Shown here: positions 19,134-29,600 of the stretch, one piece after another
How the letters are laid out: each line of letters begins with the position of its first letter
Numbering within the stretch: the stretch's first letter is position 1
Assembly: GCF_001457615.1 (NCBI RefSeq)
Contig: NZ_LN831024.1
Span: 1,890,001 to 1,922,000, forward strand
Source of the DNA: Pseudomonas aeruginosa
GTDB lineage: Bacteria > Pseudomonadota > Gammaproteobacteria > Pseudomonadales > Pseudomonadaceae
DNA length: 32,000 nt
Direction of reading: 5' to 3'
The notes under the pieces: model-generated
Told to the model about the DNA's origin: nothing
Seen by the model: only the letters and a program-made list of their open reading frames with translations
The model's database searches: none
Made by a program: the position numbers and the translations under genes

Positions 19134-19862
19134 GTGAGCGCGAACGGACGATCGATCCTGCTGGTGGACGATGACCAGGAAATCCGCGAATTGCTGGAGA
19201 CCTACCTGAGCCGCGCCGGCTTCCAGGTCCGCAGCGTCTCGCGGGGCGCCGACTTCCGCCAGGCGCTGTGCGAGGAGGAGGCGAGCCTGGCGATCCTCGA
19301 CGTGATGCTGCCGGACGAGGACGGCTTCAGCCTCTGTCGCTGGATTCGCTCCCACCAGCGCCTGGCCTGCATGCCGATCATCATGCTCACCGCCAGTTCC
19401 GACGAGGCCGACCGGGTGATCGGCCTGGAACTGGGCGCCGACGACTACCTGGGCAAGCCGTTCAGCCCGCGCGAGCTGCTGGCGCGGATCAAGGCCCTGC
19501 TGCGCCGCGCGCAGTTCACCCAGGTGCGCGGTGGCGACGTACTGGCCTTCGAGGACTGGCGACTGGACACGGTCAGCCACCGGCTGTTCCACGAGGACGG
19601 CGAGGAGTTCTTCCTCAGCGGCGCGGATTTCGCCCTGCTCAAGCTGTTCCTCGACCATCCGCAGCAGATCCTCGACCGCGACACCATCGCCAACGCCACC
19701 CGCGGCCGCGAGGTGCTGCCGCTGGAGCGCATCGTCGACATGGCGGTCAGCCGCCTGCGCCAGCGCCTGCGCGACACCGGCAAGGCGCCGCGGCTGATCC
19801 AGACCGTGCGCGGCAGTGGCTACCTGCTGGCGGCGCAGGTGCGGCCGCACCTGCAGCCATGA
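19134..19862 (+). CDS. gltR: Two-component response regulator GltR (OmpR family), GTG start
   Basis: SILLVDDDQEIRELLETYLSRAGF...AILDVMLPDEDGFSLCRWIR...GLELGADDYLGKPFSPRELLARIKALLRR...TVRGSGYLLA; AAGGAGGAG RBS; position between glk and sensor kinase. Confidence 0.9.
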   Translation: MSANGRSILLVDDDQEIRELLETYLSRAGFQVRSVSRGADFRQALCEEEASLAILDVMLPDEDGFSLCRWIRSHQRLACMPIIMLTASSDEADRVIGLELGADDYLGKPFSPRELLARIKALLRRAQFTQVRGGDVLAFEDWRLDTVSHRLFHEDGEEFFLSGADFALLKLFLDHPQQILDRDTIANATRGREVLPLERIVDMAVSRLRQRLRDTGKAPRLIQTVRGSGYLLAAQVRPHLQP

Positions 19863-21307
19863 GCGAACGGCGGCGCTGGTCGCCGGTGCCGCGCTCGCTG
19901 CTCGGGCGCATGCTGCTCCTGACCCTGCTCGCGGTGCTGGTCGCGCAAGGGCTTTCCAGCCTGTTCTGGCTGTCGCACCTGCGCTCCAGCCAGCGCGAGG
20001 GCCTGCTCACCAGCTCGCGCAGCCTGGCCTACTCGATGGCGGCCAGCGTCAGCTACTTCCGTTCCCTGCCGCTCGGCTACCGTCCGCTGGTGCTCGACCA
20101 GTTGCGCAGCATGGGCGGTACGCGCTTCTTCGTCTCGCTGAACGACCGGCCGCTGGAGATGCGTGCCCTGCCGGACACGCCGAACAAGCAGGCGGTGCTG
20201 GAGATCGTCCAGGACGTGTTGCACCAACGCCTGGGCAAGGAGGTCGAGCTGCAGGTCGAATTCGTCAGTCCCGACGAGCTGCGCCTGTTTAACGGCGCGC
20301 TGAAGCTCGACGAGCTGCCGCGTTCCTGGGCGCACTACGCGCTGACCCTGGAGCCGGTGAACCCGCCGGTGCTGGTGACCCAGATCCGCATCGGCGACAG
20401 CGAGTGGCTGTACATCGCCAGCCTGATGCCGGCGCCGTACGTCAGCCTGGAACCCGAGGGACTGCAACCGCAGCAGGTGCTCTCGATCGTTTTCACCAGC
20501 CTGTTGCTGCTGCTTTTCACCGGTTTGCTGATGCATTGGCAGAGCCGTCCGCTCAAGCGCCTGGCGCGCGCCGCCCGCGACCTGGCCCTGGGCAGTCCGT
20601 CGGCAGCGCTGGAGGAGCGCGGCGCCAGCGAACTGGTGGAGGTGGCGCGCGCCTTCAACACCATGCATGAGCGCATCGACCGCTACCTGAACGAGCGCGG
20701 GCAGTTGTTCAGCGCCATCTCCCACGACCTGCGCACGCCGATCACCCGCCTGCGCCTGCGGGTAGAACTCCTCGAGGACGAGCGCTTGCAGGAGAAGTTC
20801 GGGCGTGACCTGGACGAGCTGGAACTGCTGGTGAAGGGTGCGCTGCAGTGCGTGAAGGACACCGATATCCACGAGAACGTCGAGCCGGTCGACCTCAACC
20901 TGTTGCTCCAGCACATCGCCGAGCCCTACCTGGCCGATGGCCGGGTGGAGGTCGTCGGTCGCGCCGCGGAGCCTTATCCGGGCAAGCCCCTGGCGCTCAA
21001 GCGCTGTATCGGCAACCTGCTGGACAATGCGCTGAAATACGGCGAACGCGCCCGCCTGAGCCTGGAGGACGGGCCGGAAGCGGTGGCGCTGCACGTCGAC
21101 GACGACGGCCCCGGCGTGCCCGAGCAGCGCCTGGAACAGATCTTCGAGCCGCGCTTCCGTCTGTCTCCGCGAGGGCAGGGCTACGGGCTGGGCCTGGGCA
21201 TTGCGCGCAACATCGCGCACACCCATGGCGGCGAAGTCAGTTTGCAGAACCGTCGCGAGGGCGGCCTGCGGGTCAGCCTGCGCTTGCCGCGCCTGGGGCT
21301 GGAGTGA
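19859..21307 (+). CDS. gtrS: Two-component sensor histidine kinase GtrS
   Basis: MSERRRWSPVPRSLLGRMLLLTLLAVLVAQ...; H-box SAISHDLRTPITRLRLRVELLED; NLLDNALKYGERA; DDDGPGVPEQRLEQIFEPRFRL; GLGLGIARNIAHTHGG. ATGA overlap with gltR. The 679-aa track ORF has an out-of-frame N-terminal extension. Confidence 0.9.
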   Translation: MSERRRWSPVPRSLLGRMLLLTLLAVLVAQGLSSLFWLSHLRSSQREGLLTSSRSLAYSMAASVSYFRSLPLGYRPLVLDQLRSMGGTRFFVSLNDRPLEMRALPDTPNKQAVLEIVQDVLHQRLGKEVELQVEFVSPDELRLFNGALKLDELPRSWAHYALTLEPVNPPVLVTQIRIGDSEWLYIASLMPAPYVSLEPEGLQPQQVLSIVFTSLLLLLFTGLLMHWQSRPLKRLARAARDLALGSPSAALEERGASELVEVARAFNTMHERIDRYLNERGQLFSAISHDLRTPITRLRLRVELLEDERLQEKFGRDLDELELLVKGALQCVKDTDIHENVEPVDLNLLLQHIAEPYLADGRVEVVGRAAEPYPGKPLALKRCIGNLLDNALKYGERARLSLEDGPEAVALHVDDDGPGVPEQRLEQIFEPRFRLSPRGQGYGLGLGIARNIAHTHGGEVSLQNRREGGLRVSLRLPRLGLE

Positions 21308-21331
21308 TGGGCTGGCCTGCCGGGCCCTTGA

Positions 21332-21645
21332 ACGAGGCGGGCAGGCACGAGGTTCTCCCGTGTTCTGCGGCAGCCGCAGACAGAGGCGGAGCGGGCGCTA
21401 TGGCAGTGTTTGCGCGGGCATCGATTGCTCGGGCTGAAGTTTCGTCGGCAGAAGGTTCTCGGGCCGTACATCGTCGATTTCGTCTGCCATGAGCGGATGC
21501 TGGTGATCGAACTGGATGGTGGGCAGCATGTGGGTTCGCCGGCCGATGCCTGGCTGGAGAGCCGGGGTCCAGGGTACTGCGTTTCTGGAACGACAAGGTG
21601 CTGCCGCGCAGGGAGGTGCTGCTGGAGGTCATTTTCGTGTTGTAG
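21332..21645 (+). pseudogene. Remnant of a DUF559 (endonuclease-like) family gene, frameshifted near 21566 and apparently lacking a start
   Basis: Frame 1: RFSRVLRQPQTEAERALWQCLRGHRLLGLKFRRQKVLGPYIVDFVCHERMLVIELDGGQHVGSPADAWLESRG; continues in another frame SRVLRFWNDKVLPRREVLLEVIFVL*. Confidence 0.75.
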
Positions 21646-21831
21646 GAGGTTTCTGTCGCGAAACCGCCTTGCCGAGTTCGAGTCCAGATTTTCCTGCTCT
21701 GCCTCAATCCCAATGTAACCACTCCGTGACAAACCCGGATCGCTTCGTTACCCGCGACGCGGAACGCTTGAATAGACTCGAAGCATTGCAAGCGCAGACT
21801 TGCTCCGAATAACAAGAAGAAGGTTTTCCTC

Positions 21832-23094
21832 ATGAATGCGATCCGTCGCCTCTCTGCCGTCATCTGTCTTTCCTCCCTCTGTCTCTCCCCGCTGCTGGCC
21901 CAGGCCGGCGAAGTCGAAGTGCTGCACTGGTGGACCTCCGCCGGCGAGAAGCGCGCCGCCGAAACCCTGAAGAAGCTGGTCGAAGCCAAGGGCCACACCT
22001 GGAAGGACTTCGCCGTGGCCGGCGGTGGCGGCGAGGCGGCGATGACCGTGCTGAAGACCCGCGCGGTGTCCGGCAATCCGCCGGCCGCGGCGCAGATCAA
22101 GGGGCCGGATATCCAGGAGTGGGGCGAACTGGGCCTGCTCGCCGACCTCAACGCGGTGGCCGCCGAAGGCAAGTGGGACAGCCTGCTGCCGAAGCAGGTG
22201 GCGCAGATCATGAAGTACGACGGCGACTACGTAGCAGTGCCGATCAACGTACACCGGGTGAACTGGCTCTACATCAACCCGGAAGTGTTCAAGAAGGCCG
22301 GCGCCACCCCGCCGACCACCCTCGACGAACTGTTCGTCGCCGCCGACAAGCTCAAGGCCGCCGGTTTCACGCCGCTGGCCCATGGCAGCCAACCGTGGCA
22401 GGACGGCACCGTGTTCGAGAACCTGGTGCTGAGCAAGATGGGTCCGGAAGGCTATCGCAAGGCCTTCGTCGAACAGGACAAGGCGACCCTCACCGGAGCG
22501 CAGATGGTCGAGGTGTTCGCCGCGCTGAAGAAGCTCCGCGGCTATGTCGATGCCGACGCCGCCGGTCGCGAATGGAGCGCCGCCACGGCGATGGTGATCA
22601 ACGGCAAGGCCGGGATGCAGATCATGGGCGACTGGGCGAAGAGCGAGTTCACCGCCGCCGGCAAGGTGCCGGGCAAGGACTACCAGTGCCTGCCGTTCCC
22701 CGGCACGCAGAAAGCCTTCGACTACAACATCGACTCGCTGGTGATGTTCAAGCTGAGCAACGCGGAGAACCGCAAGGCCCAGGAAGACCTGGCGCGCAGC
22801 GTGCTCGACCCGTCCTTCCAGAAGGACTTCAACCTCAACAAGGGCTCCATCCCGGTTCGCCTGGACGCCGACATGGCGCCGTTCGACAGTTGCGCCCAGC
22901 AGTCGATGAAGGACTTCAAGCAGGCTTCCCAGGACGGCAACCTGGTGCCGAGCATGGCCCACAGCATGGCCGCTTCCAGCTACGTGCAGGGGGCGATCTT
23001 CGACGTGGTGACCAACTTCTTCAACGACCCCGCCGCGGATCCGCAGAAGGCCGCCCAGCAACTGGCGGCCGCCATCGAGGCGGCGGCGCAGTAA
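21832..23094 (+). CDS. gltB: Glucose/mannose ABC transporter periplasmic substrate-binding protein
   Basis: Signal peptide [25 protein letters not shown] then [59 protein letters not shown]; followed by permeases and ATPase. Confidence 0.92.
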   Translation: MNAIRRLSAVICLSSLCLSPLLAQAGEVEVLHWWTSAGEKRAAETLKKLVEAKGHTWKDFAVAGGGGEAAMTVLKTRAVSGNPPAAAQIKGPDIQEWGELGLLADLNAVAAEGKWDSLLPKQVAQIMKYDGDYVAVPINVHRVNWLYINPEVFKKAGATPPTTLDELFVAADKLKAAGFTPLAHGSQPWQDGTVFENLVLSKMGPEGYRKAFVEQDKATLTGAQMVEVFAALKKLRGYVDADAAGREWSAATAMVINGKAGMQIMGDWAKSEFTAAGKVPGKDYQCLPFPGTQKAFDYNIDSLVMFKLSNAENRKAQEDLARSVLDPSFQKDFNLNKGSIPVRLDADMAPFDSCAQQSMKDFKQASQDGNLVPSMAHSMAASSYVQGAIFDVVTNFFNDPAADPQKAAQQLAAAIEAAAQ

Positions 23095-23194
23095 GTCCCT
23101 GGCGCGGAGCCCGGCCTGGGCTCCGCTCGATCCTCCCGACTGGCTCCGTGCCGCCGAGCGGCACGGGTGGGTTCCTTCGCACGCGAGAAAACGC

Positions 23195-24127
23195 ATGGCG
23201 ACCAATTCCCCTGTCTATCCCAAGGCTCCGGTAGCGCCTCGTCGCGTCTCGCCACTCGATCGCCTGCAAGGCTGGCTGCCGAAGCTGGTGCTGGCGCCAA
23301 GCGTGGTCGTGGTGCTGTTCTGCATGTATGGCTACATCGGCTGGACGCTGCTGCTGTCCTTCACCAACTCGCGCTTCATGCCCAGCTACAAGTGGGCCGG
23401 GCTGAGCCAGTACCAGCGCCTGTGGGACAACGACCGCTGGTGGGTGGCGAGCAAGAACCTGCTGCTCTTCGGCGGCTCGTTCATCGCCATCTGCCTGGTG
23501 CTCGGAGTGTTCCTCGCAGTGCTGCTGGACCAGCGCATCCGCCGCGAAGGCTTCATCCGCACCCTCTACCTGTATCCCATGGCGTTGTCGATGATCGTCA
23601 CCGGCACCGCCTGGAAGTGGCTGCTCAATCCGGGCCTGGGCCTGGACAAGCTGCTCCGCGACTGGGGCTGGGAAGGTTTCCGCTTCGACTGGCTGGTGGA
23701 CCCGGAGCGGGTCGTCTACTGCCTGGTGATCGCCGCCGTGTGGCAGGCCTCCGGCTTCGTCATGGCGCTGTTCCTCGCCGGCCTGCGCGGGGTCGACCCG
23801 GCCATCGTGCGCGCCGCCCAGGTCGACGGTGCGAGCCTGCCGACCATCTACCTGCGCATCGTCCTGCCGAGCCTGCGCCCGGTGTTCTTCAGCGCGCTGA
23901 TGATCCTCGCCCATATCGCGATCAAGAGCTTCGACCTGGTGGCGGCGATGACCGCCGGCGGCCCGGGTTATTCCTCCGACCTGCCGGCGATGTTCATGTA
24001 TGCGCATACCTTCACCCGTGGCCAGATGGGGCTCGGCGCGGCGAGCGCGATGCTGATGCTCGGCGCTGTACTGGCGATCGTGGTGCCTTACCTGTATTCC
24101 GAACTGCGAGGCAAGCGCCATGCGTGA
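23195..24127 (+). CDS. gltF: Glucose ABC transporter permease (MalF-like)
   Basis: Six-TM permease; EAA motif region AAQVDGASLPTIYLRIVLPSLRPVF. Confidence 0.9.
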   Translation: MATNSPVYPKAPVAPRRVSPLDRLQGWLPKLVLAPSVVVVLFCMYGYIGWTLLLSFTNSRFMPSYKWAGLSQYQRLWDNDRWWVASKNLLLFGGSFIAICLVLGVFLAVLLDQRIRREGFIRTLYLYPMALSMIVTGTAWKWLLNPGLGLDKLLRDWGWEGFRFDWLVDPERVVYCLVIAAVWQASGFVMALFLAGLRGVDPAIVRAAQVDGASLPTIYLRIVLPSLRPVFFSALMILAHIAIKSFDLVAAMTAGGPGYSSDLPAMFMYAHTFTRGQMGLGAASAMLMLGAVLAIVVPYLYSELRGKRHA

Positions 24128-24965
24128 CGCGTCCCTGAACCCGAGCTTCAGCGTCAGCCGCCTGGCCGTGCACCTGACCCTCTGGGGCGCCTGCGCGCTT
24201 TACCTGGTGCCGCTGCTGGTGATGCTGCTGACCAGCTTCAAGACGCCGGACGACATCCGCACCGGCAACCTGCTGTCGCTGCCCGACACCTTCACCGTCA
24301 TCGGCTGGCTCAAGGCCTGGGACAGCGTCGGCGCGTTCTTCTGGAACTCGGTGCTGATCACCGTGCCCGGCGTGCTGATCTCCACCTTCATCGGCGCGTT
24401 GAACGGCTACGTGCTGTCGATGTGGCGCTTCCGCGGTTCCCAGCTGTTCTTCGGCGCGCTGTTGTTCGGCTGCTTCCTGCCGTTCCAGGTGATCCTCCTG
24501 CCGATGTCCTTCACCCTCGGCAAGCTCGGCCTGGCCAATACCACCAGTGGCCTGGTGCTGGTCCACGTGATCTACGGCCTGGCCTTCACCACGCTGTTCT
24601 TCCGCAACTATTTCGTGGCGATCCCGGATGCCCTGGTCAAGGCCGCGCGCCTGGACGGCGCCGGCTTCTTCACCATCTTCCTGCGCATCCTGCTACCGAT
24701 GTCCACGCCCATCGTGATGGTCTGCCTGATCTGGCAGTTCACCCAGATCTGGAACGACTTCCTGTTCGGCGTGGTGTTCGCCAGCGGCGATTCGCAACCG
24801 ATCACCGTGGCCCTGAACAACCTGGTGAACATCACCACCGGGGTCAAGGAATACAACGTCGACATGGCCGCGGCGATGATCGCCGCGCTGCCCACGCTGG
24901 TGGTCTACGTACTGGCCGGCAAGTACTTCGTGCGCGGCCTCACCGCCGGCGCCGTGAAAGGCTGA
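24120..24965 (+). CDS. gltG: Glucose ABC transporter permease (MalG-like)
   Basis: TM permease with EAA motif KAARLDGAGFFTIFLRILLPMSTPIVMVCLIWQF; start overlaps gltF. Confidence 0.9.
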   Translation: MRDASLNPSFSVSRLAVHLTLWGACALYLVPLLVMLLTSFKTPDDIRTGNLLSLPDTFTVIGWLKAWDSVGAFFWNSVLITVPGVLISTFIGALNGYVLSMWRFRGSQLFFGALLFGCFLPFQVILLPMSFTLGKLGLANTTSGLVLVHVIYGLAFTTLFFRNYFVAIPDALVKAARLDGAGFFTIFLRILLPMSTPIVMVCLIWQFTQIWNDFLFGVVFASGDSQPITVALNNLVNITTGVKEYNVDMAAAMIAALPTLVVYVLAGKYFVRGLTAGAVKG

Positions 24966-24997
24966 GACGGGTCGCTGACCCCGGAGACGAACGAAAC

Positions 24998-26158
24998 ATG
25001 GCAACCCTCGAACTGCGCAACCTGCACAAGAGCTACGGCAGCGGCCTGGCGGATACCCTCAGGGACATCCGGCTGAAGATCGACTCCGGCGAATTCCTGA
25101 TCCTCGTCGGGCCCTCGGGTTGCGGCAAGTCGACCCTGATGAACTGCATCGCCGGGCTGGAGAGCATCACCGGCGGTGCGATCCTGGTGGACGGCCAGGA
25201 CATCAGCGGCATGAGCCCCAAGGACCGCGACATCGCCATGGTCTTCCAGTCCTACGCCCTGTACCCGACCATGAGCGTGCGCGAGAACATCGCCTTCGGC
25301 CTGAAGATCCGCAAGATGCCCCAGGCCGCCATCGACGAGGAGGTGGCGCGGGTGGCCCGGCTGTTGCAGATCGAGCACCTGCTCGAACGCAAGCCCTCGC
25401 AGCTCTCCGGCGGCCAGCAGCAGCGGGTGGCCATGGGCCGGGCGCTGGCGCGGCGGCCCAAGGTCTACCTGTTCGACGAGCCGCTGTCCAACCTCGATGC
25501 CAAGCTGCGGGTGGAAATGCGCACCGAGCTGAAGCTGATGCACCAGCGGCTGAAGACCACGACCGTGTATGTCACCCACGACCAGATCGAGGCCATGACC
25601 CTCGGCGACAAGGTGGCGGTGATGAAGGACGGCGTCATCCAGCAGTTCGGCACGCCGCAGCAGATCTACAACGACCCGGCCAACCTGTTCGTCGCCAGCT
25701 TCATCGGTTCGCCGCCGATGAATTTCATTCCGTTGCGCCTGCAGCGCCGGGACGGACGCTGGACCGGCCTGCTCGATAGCGGCCAGGACCGTATCGAACT
25801 GCCGCTGAGCCTGGAGCCCGGCCTGGAGGAGGGGCGCGAGCTGATCCTCGGCGTACGACCGGAGCAGATCGCCCTGGGCGATGGCAGCGCTGCCCATGAC
25901 CTGCGTACCGAGGTCGAGGTGCTCGAACCGACCGGGCCGGACACCCTGGTCTTCGTCACCGTCAACCAGGTCAAGGTCTGTTGCCGCCTGGCGCCGGACG
26001 TCGCGCCGGCCGCGGGCAGCGGCATGAGCCTGCGCTTCGATCCCGCGCGGGTCCTGCTGTTCGACGCGCAGAGCGGCGAGCGCGTGGCCGTGCGCACGGC
26101 GGGCGTGGTGGCGGAGAAGGTCACCGCCTTGAACGGCAATCGCCAGAAGAACTCCTGA
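24998..26158 (+). CDS. gltK: Glucose ABC transporter ATP-binding protein (MalK/UgpC-like)
   Basis: [60 protein letters not shown]...[36 protein letters not shown]. The 578-aa track ORF is extended out of frame at its N-terminus. Confidence 0.93.
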   Translation: MATLELRNLHKSYGSGLADTLRDIRLKIDSGEFLILVGPSGCGKSTLMNCIAGLESITGGAILVDGQDISGMSPKDRDIAMVFQSYALYPTMSVRENIAFGLKIRKMPQAAIDEEVARVARLLQIEHLLERKPSQLSGGQQQRVAMGRALARRPKVYLFDEPLSNLDAKLRVEMRTELKLMHQRLKTTTVYVTHDQIEAMTLGDKVAVMKDGVIQQFGTPQQIYNDPANLFVASFIGSPPMNFIPLRLQRRDGRWTGLLDSGQDRIELPLSLEPGLEEGRELILGVRPEQIALGDGSAAHDLRTEVEVLEPTGPDTLVFVTVNQVKVCCRLAPDVAPAAGSGMSLRFDPARVLLFDAQSGERVAVRTAGVVAEKVTALNGNRQKNS

Positions 26159-26201
26159 ATCCTTTCGTACTGCCTAGACCACAACCACGAGGACGCTGGA
26201 A

Positions 26202-27566
26202 ATGTACAAGAACAAGAAAACCAGACCGGCCGCCAGGACCGTTGGCTGCCTGTTTGCCCTTGGAGCGCTGGGCTTGGGGAGCGCGGCGCACGCCGCCGAG
26301 GCGTTCTCCCCGAACTCGAAATGGATGCTCGGCGACTGGGGCGGCAAGCGCACCGAGCTGCTGGAGAAGGGCTACGACTTCAAGCTGGAGTACGTCGGCG
26401 AGGCGGCGGCCAACCTCGACGGCGGCTATGACGACGACAAGACAGGACGCTACACCGACCAGTTCGCCCTGGGCGTGCACATGGACCTGGAGAAGATCCT
26501 CGGCTGGAAGGCTACCGAGTTCCAGTTCACCGTCACCGAGCGCAACGGCAAGAACCTTTCCAACGACCGCATCGGCGACCCGCGTGCCGGGCACATCAGC
26601 TCGGTGCAGGAGGTCTGGGGCCGCGGGCAGACCTGGCGGCTGACCCAGCTATGGCTCAAGCAGCAGTACTTCGACGGCGCGCTGGACGTGAAATTCGGCC
26701 GTTTCGGCGAGGGCGAGGACTTCAACAGCTTCCCCTGCGATTTCCAGAACCTGGCCTTCTGCGGCTCGCAGGTGGGCAACTGGGCGGGGAGCATCTGGTA
26801 CAACTGGCCGGTCAGCCAGTGGGCGTTGCGGGTGAAGTACAACTTCGCGCCGGACTGGTACGTGCAGGTCGGCGCCTACGAGCAGAACCCGTCGAACCTG
26901 GAGACCGGCAACGGCTTCAAGATGAGCGGCAGCGGGACCAAGGGCGCGCTGCTGCCGGTGGAGCTGATCTGGCAGCCGAAGGTCGGCGCCGAGCAACTGC
27001 CGGGCGAGTACCGGCTGGGTTACTACTACAGCACGGCGAAGGCCGATGACGTCTACGACGACGTCGACGGCCAGCCGCAGGGGCTGACCGGCAACGACTT
27101 CAAGTCGCGCGGCAGCAAGCATGGCTGGTGGGTGGTGGCGCAGCAGCAGGTCACTTCGCACAACGGCGATGCCTCGCGCGGGTTGAGCCTGTTCGCCAAC
27201 CTGACGGTCCACGACAAGGCGACCAACGTGGTGGACAACTACCAGCAGCTCGGGGTGGTCTACAAGGGGCCGTTCGACGCGCGGCCGAAGGACGACATCG
27301 GCCTGGGCATCGCGCGCATCCATGTCAACGACGATGTGAAGAAGCGCCAGCGCCTGGTGAACCAGGTGAACGGCATCGACGACTACGACAACCCGCTGTA
27401 CCAGCCGCTGCAGGACACCGAGTACAACGCCGAGCTGTACTACGGGGTGCATGTGACCGACTGGCTGACGGTGCGGCCGAACCTGCAATACATCAAGCAG
27501 CCGGGCGGGGTCGACGAGGTCGACAACGCGCTGGTGGCGGGGATCAAGATCCAGACGGTGTTCTGA
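26202..27566 (+). CDS. oprB: Carbohydrate-selective porin OprB
   Basis: MYKNKKTRPAARTVGCLFALGALGLGSAAHAAEAFSPNSKWMLGDWGGKRTELLEKGYDFKLEYVGEAAANLDGGYDDD... VRPNLQYIKQPGGVDEVDNALVAGIKIQTVF. Confidence 0.93.
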   Translation: MYKNKKTRPAARTVGCLFALGALGLGSAAHAAEAFSPNSKWMLGDWGGKRTELLEKGYDFKLEYVGEAAANLDGGYDDDKTGRYTDQFALGVHMDLEKILGWKATEFQFTVTERNGKNLSNDRIGDPRAGHISSVQEVWGRGQTWRLTQLWLKQQYFDGALDVKFGRFGEGEDFNSFPCDFQNLAFCGSQVGNWAGSIWYNWPVSQWALRVKYNFAPDWYVQVGAYEQNPSNLETGNGFKMSGSGTKGALLPVELIWQPKVGAEQLPGEYRLGYYYSTAKADDVYDDVDGQPQGLTGNDFKSRGSKHGWWVVAQQQVTSHNGDASRGLSLFANLTVHDKATNVVDNYQQLGVVYKGPFDARPKDDIGLGIARIHVNDDVKKRQRLVNQVNGIDDYDNPLYQPLQDTEYNAELYYGVHVTDWLTVRPNLQYIKQPGGVDEVDNALVAGIKIQTVF

Positions 27567-27600
27567 TCGTCGCGTTGCCTGCTCCGGTGTTGTGCCTGGA

Positions 27601-27633
27601 CCCGCCCGAGCGTTTCGGGCGGGCCGTTTTTTT
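27601..27633 (+). terminator. Rho-independent terminator downstream of oprB
   Basis: CCCGCCCGA-GCGTT-TCGGGCGGG followed by CCG then T7: 9-bp perfect stem. Confidence 0.9.
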
Positions 27634-27714
27634 CCGGCGACCGCTCTTCCCGGCTGCCTGTTACAAACCGACTACGCTTTTCCTGTGCCGATCATTTGGG
27701 GCTTGCGTGCGAAA

Positions 27715-27729
27715 TGTAGTAAAACTACA
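27715..27729. promoter_or_regulatory. HexR-like operator TGTAGT-AAA-ACTACA
   Basis: Perfect 6-bp inverted arms, 52 bp upstream of the mutarotase start; fits TGTARTWWWAYTACA-type HexR sites. Confidence 0.6.
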
Positions 27730-27780
27730 CGGATGCACGCCCGGGCTTTCCGGGAAGGGGAGAGGGTAGGACAATCGGAC

Positions 27781-28632
27781 ATGCTTGAGCATCCGCTGCA
27801 GCGTTTCTTTCATTCCATGCGGGCCAAGCGACCGTTCGACTGGGTACGCTTCCAACGTCGCGATCTGCTGTTGATCGACCATCCGCTGTGCCAGGCCGTA
27901 TTCAGTCGGCAAGGGGCGCAGCTCCTGCATTTCCAGCCGCAGGGCGAACGCCCGTTGCTGTGGTGCGCCAGCGAATGGCCGGCCCTCAGCAGCGCGCCGG
28001 TGCGCGGCGGCATCCCGGTCTGCTGGCCGTGGTTCGGCAGCCATCCGAACGGCAGCGAATGGCCGCAGCAGGGCTGGGCGCGGCAACGCGAATGGCGCCT
28101 GCTGGATGCCTACGCCGACGAAAGCAAGGTGGTGGTGAGCTGGCAACTGGACCTGGAGGACTGGCACGTGCGCCTCGATGCGCGCCTTGGCCAGCGCCTG
28201 GAGCTGGAGCTGTGCAGCTACCATGAGGAAGACGACGATTGCCTGTTCAGCTTCGCCCTGCAGCCCTACTGGCGGGTCGGCGCGCTGAGCCGGGTGGTGG
28301 TGCACGGCATGGAGCTGGAGTCGGCTCGCGGCCAGCGCGGCGCTTCGCGGATTCCGGGAACCTGGATACCGCGCGGCGCGGTCAAGCAGGTGCTCTACCA
28401 TCCCGGATCGCTGGTGCTGGAGGACGGCGGCTGGAACCGCCGCTTGCGGATCGACAAGAACGTCAGCGCCGGCAGCGTGATCTGGCACCCCGGCAGCCGC
28501 CCGGTGGAGCAGGTCGAGCCGGGCGAAGCGGAACGCTTCCTCTGTATCGGCGCCGCTGGCTACCGCCCGGGCGGGCTGATCCTGGCGCCCGGCGAACGCA
28601 TGCGCCTGAATCTCGCCGCCGGCCTGCAATAG
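27781..28632 (+). CDS. D-hexose-6-phosphate mutarotase (YeaD-like, aldose 1-epimerase family)
   Basis: MLEHPLQRFFHSMRAKRPFDWVRFQRRDLLLIDHPLCQAVFSRQGAQLLHFQPQGERPLLWCASEWP...RGGIPVCWPWFG: YeaD family motif. Confidence 0.85.
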   Translation: MLEHPLQRFFHSMRAKRPFDWVRFQRRDLLLIDHPLCQAVFSRQGAQLLHFQPQGERPLLWCASEWPALSSAPVRGGIPVCWPWFGSHPNGSEWPQQGWARQREWRLLDAYADESKVVVSWQLDLEDWHVRLDARLGQRLELELCSYHEEDDDCLFSFALQPYWRVGALSRVVVHGMELESARGQRGASRIPGTWIPRGAVKQVLYHPGSLVLEDGGWNRRLRIDKNVSAGSVIWHPGSRPVEQVEPGEAERFLCIGAAGYRPGGLILAPGERMRLNLAAGLQ

Positions 28633-28640
28633 GCGGGCGG

Positions 28641-29498
28641 TCAGTTGTCCTCGTCGAGGGGATAGCGGGTTGGCACCAGGCTTTCCTTGATCCGCCGCAG
28701 GTGCGGCTGGAAGTCCACGCCGCGGCGCAGGGTCACTCCGGTGGCCAGTACGTCGAGCACGGTGAGCTGGACGATCCGCGAAGTCATCGGCATGTAGATG
28801 TCGGTGTCTTCCGGCAACGGGATGTCCAGGCACAGGGTGCTGGCCCTGGCCAGCGGCGAGCCGGCGGCGGTCAGGCCGAGCACCGAGGCGCCGTTCTCCC
28901 GCGCCAGGTGCGCCACCTCCACCAGCTCGCGGGTGCGTCCGGTATAGGAAATCACCACGAACAGGTCGCCGGTATGCGCCACCGAGGCGATCATCCGTTG
29001 CATCAGCACGTCGGCCTGGGCGCTCACCGCCAGGTTGAAGCGGAAGAACTTGTGCTGCGCGTCGAGCGCTACCGAGGCCGAGGCGCCAAGACCGAAGAAG
29101 TGGATCTGCCGGGCCTGGATCAACAGGTCCACGGCGCGGTCGATGACGCGTGGGTCAAGCAACTTGTGGGCGCTGTCGAGGGAGGCGATGGTGTTGCTGA
29201 AGATCTTCCGCGTATAGGCTTCCGGCCCGTCGTCCTCGGCTACCGCCTGGGTTACGAAGGCAGCGCCGCTGGCCAGGCTCTGGGCCAGCTGGATCTTCAG
29301 TTCCGGATAGCCGCTCATGCCGAAGGAGCGACAGAAGCGGTTCACCGTCGGTTCGCTGACCGCTGCCGCCTGGGCCAGGGCGGCGATGCTGAAGCGGGTG
29401 GCCTGCTGCGGGTTCTGCAGGATGACCTCGGCGACTTTGCGCTCCGCCTTGTTCAGTTCGTCCAGGCGGCTCTTGATCTGCTCCAGCAGGTTTTTCAT
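28641..29498 (-). CDS. hexR: HexR, RpiR-family transcriptional regulator (HTH + SIS domain)
   Basis: [75 protein letters not shown]...[22 protein letters not shown]...[15 protein letters not shown]. Confidence 0.93.
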   Translation of the reverse strand: MKNLLEQIKSRLDELNKAERKVAEVILQNPQQATRFSIAALAQAAAVSEPTVNRFCRSFGMSGYPELKIQLAQSLASGAAFVTQAVAEDDGPEAYTRKIFSNTIASLDSAHKLLDPRVIDRAVDLLIQARQIHFFGLGASASVALDAQHKFFRFNLAVSAQADVLMQRMIASVAHTGDLFVVISYTGRTRELVEVAHLARENGASVLGLTAAGSPLARASTLCLDIPLPEDTDIYMPMTSRIVQLTVLDVLATGVTLRRGVDFQPHLRRIKESLVPTRYPLDEDN

Positions 29499-29600
29499 CC
29501 GGGTTCCTCGTGTTCTGTCGGCCCGGCGGGGAAGGGCCGGCGGCGGCGCCTATCCTAACGTCAGGCCGCCATGCGACCAACAGCGTGGCGGGCTGGGAAA

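Noticed and set aside
19268-21307. 679-aa ORF containing GtrS
   Set aside because: The first ~200 residues are an alternate frame of gltR; the kinase starts at 19859 with ATGA coupling.
24422-26158. 578-aa ORF containing GltK with a long N-terminal part
   Set aside because: The N-terminal part is an alternate frame of gltG; [14 protein letters not shown] at 24998 is the true ATPase start.
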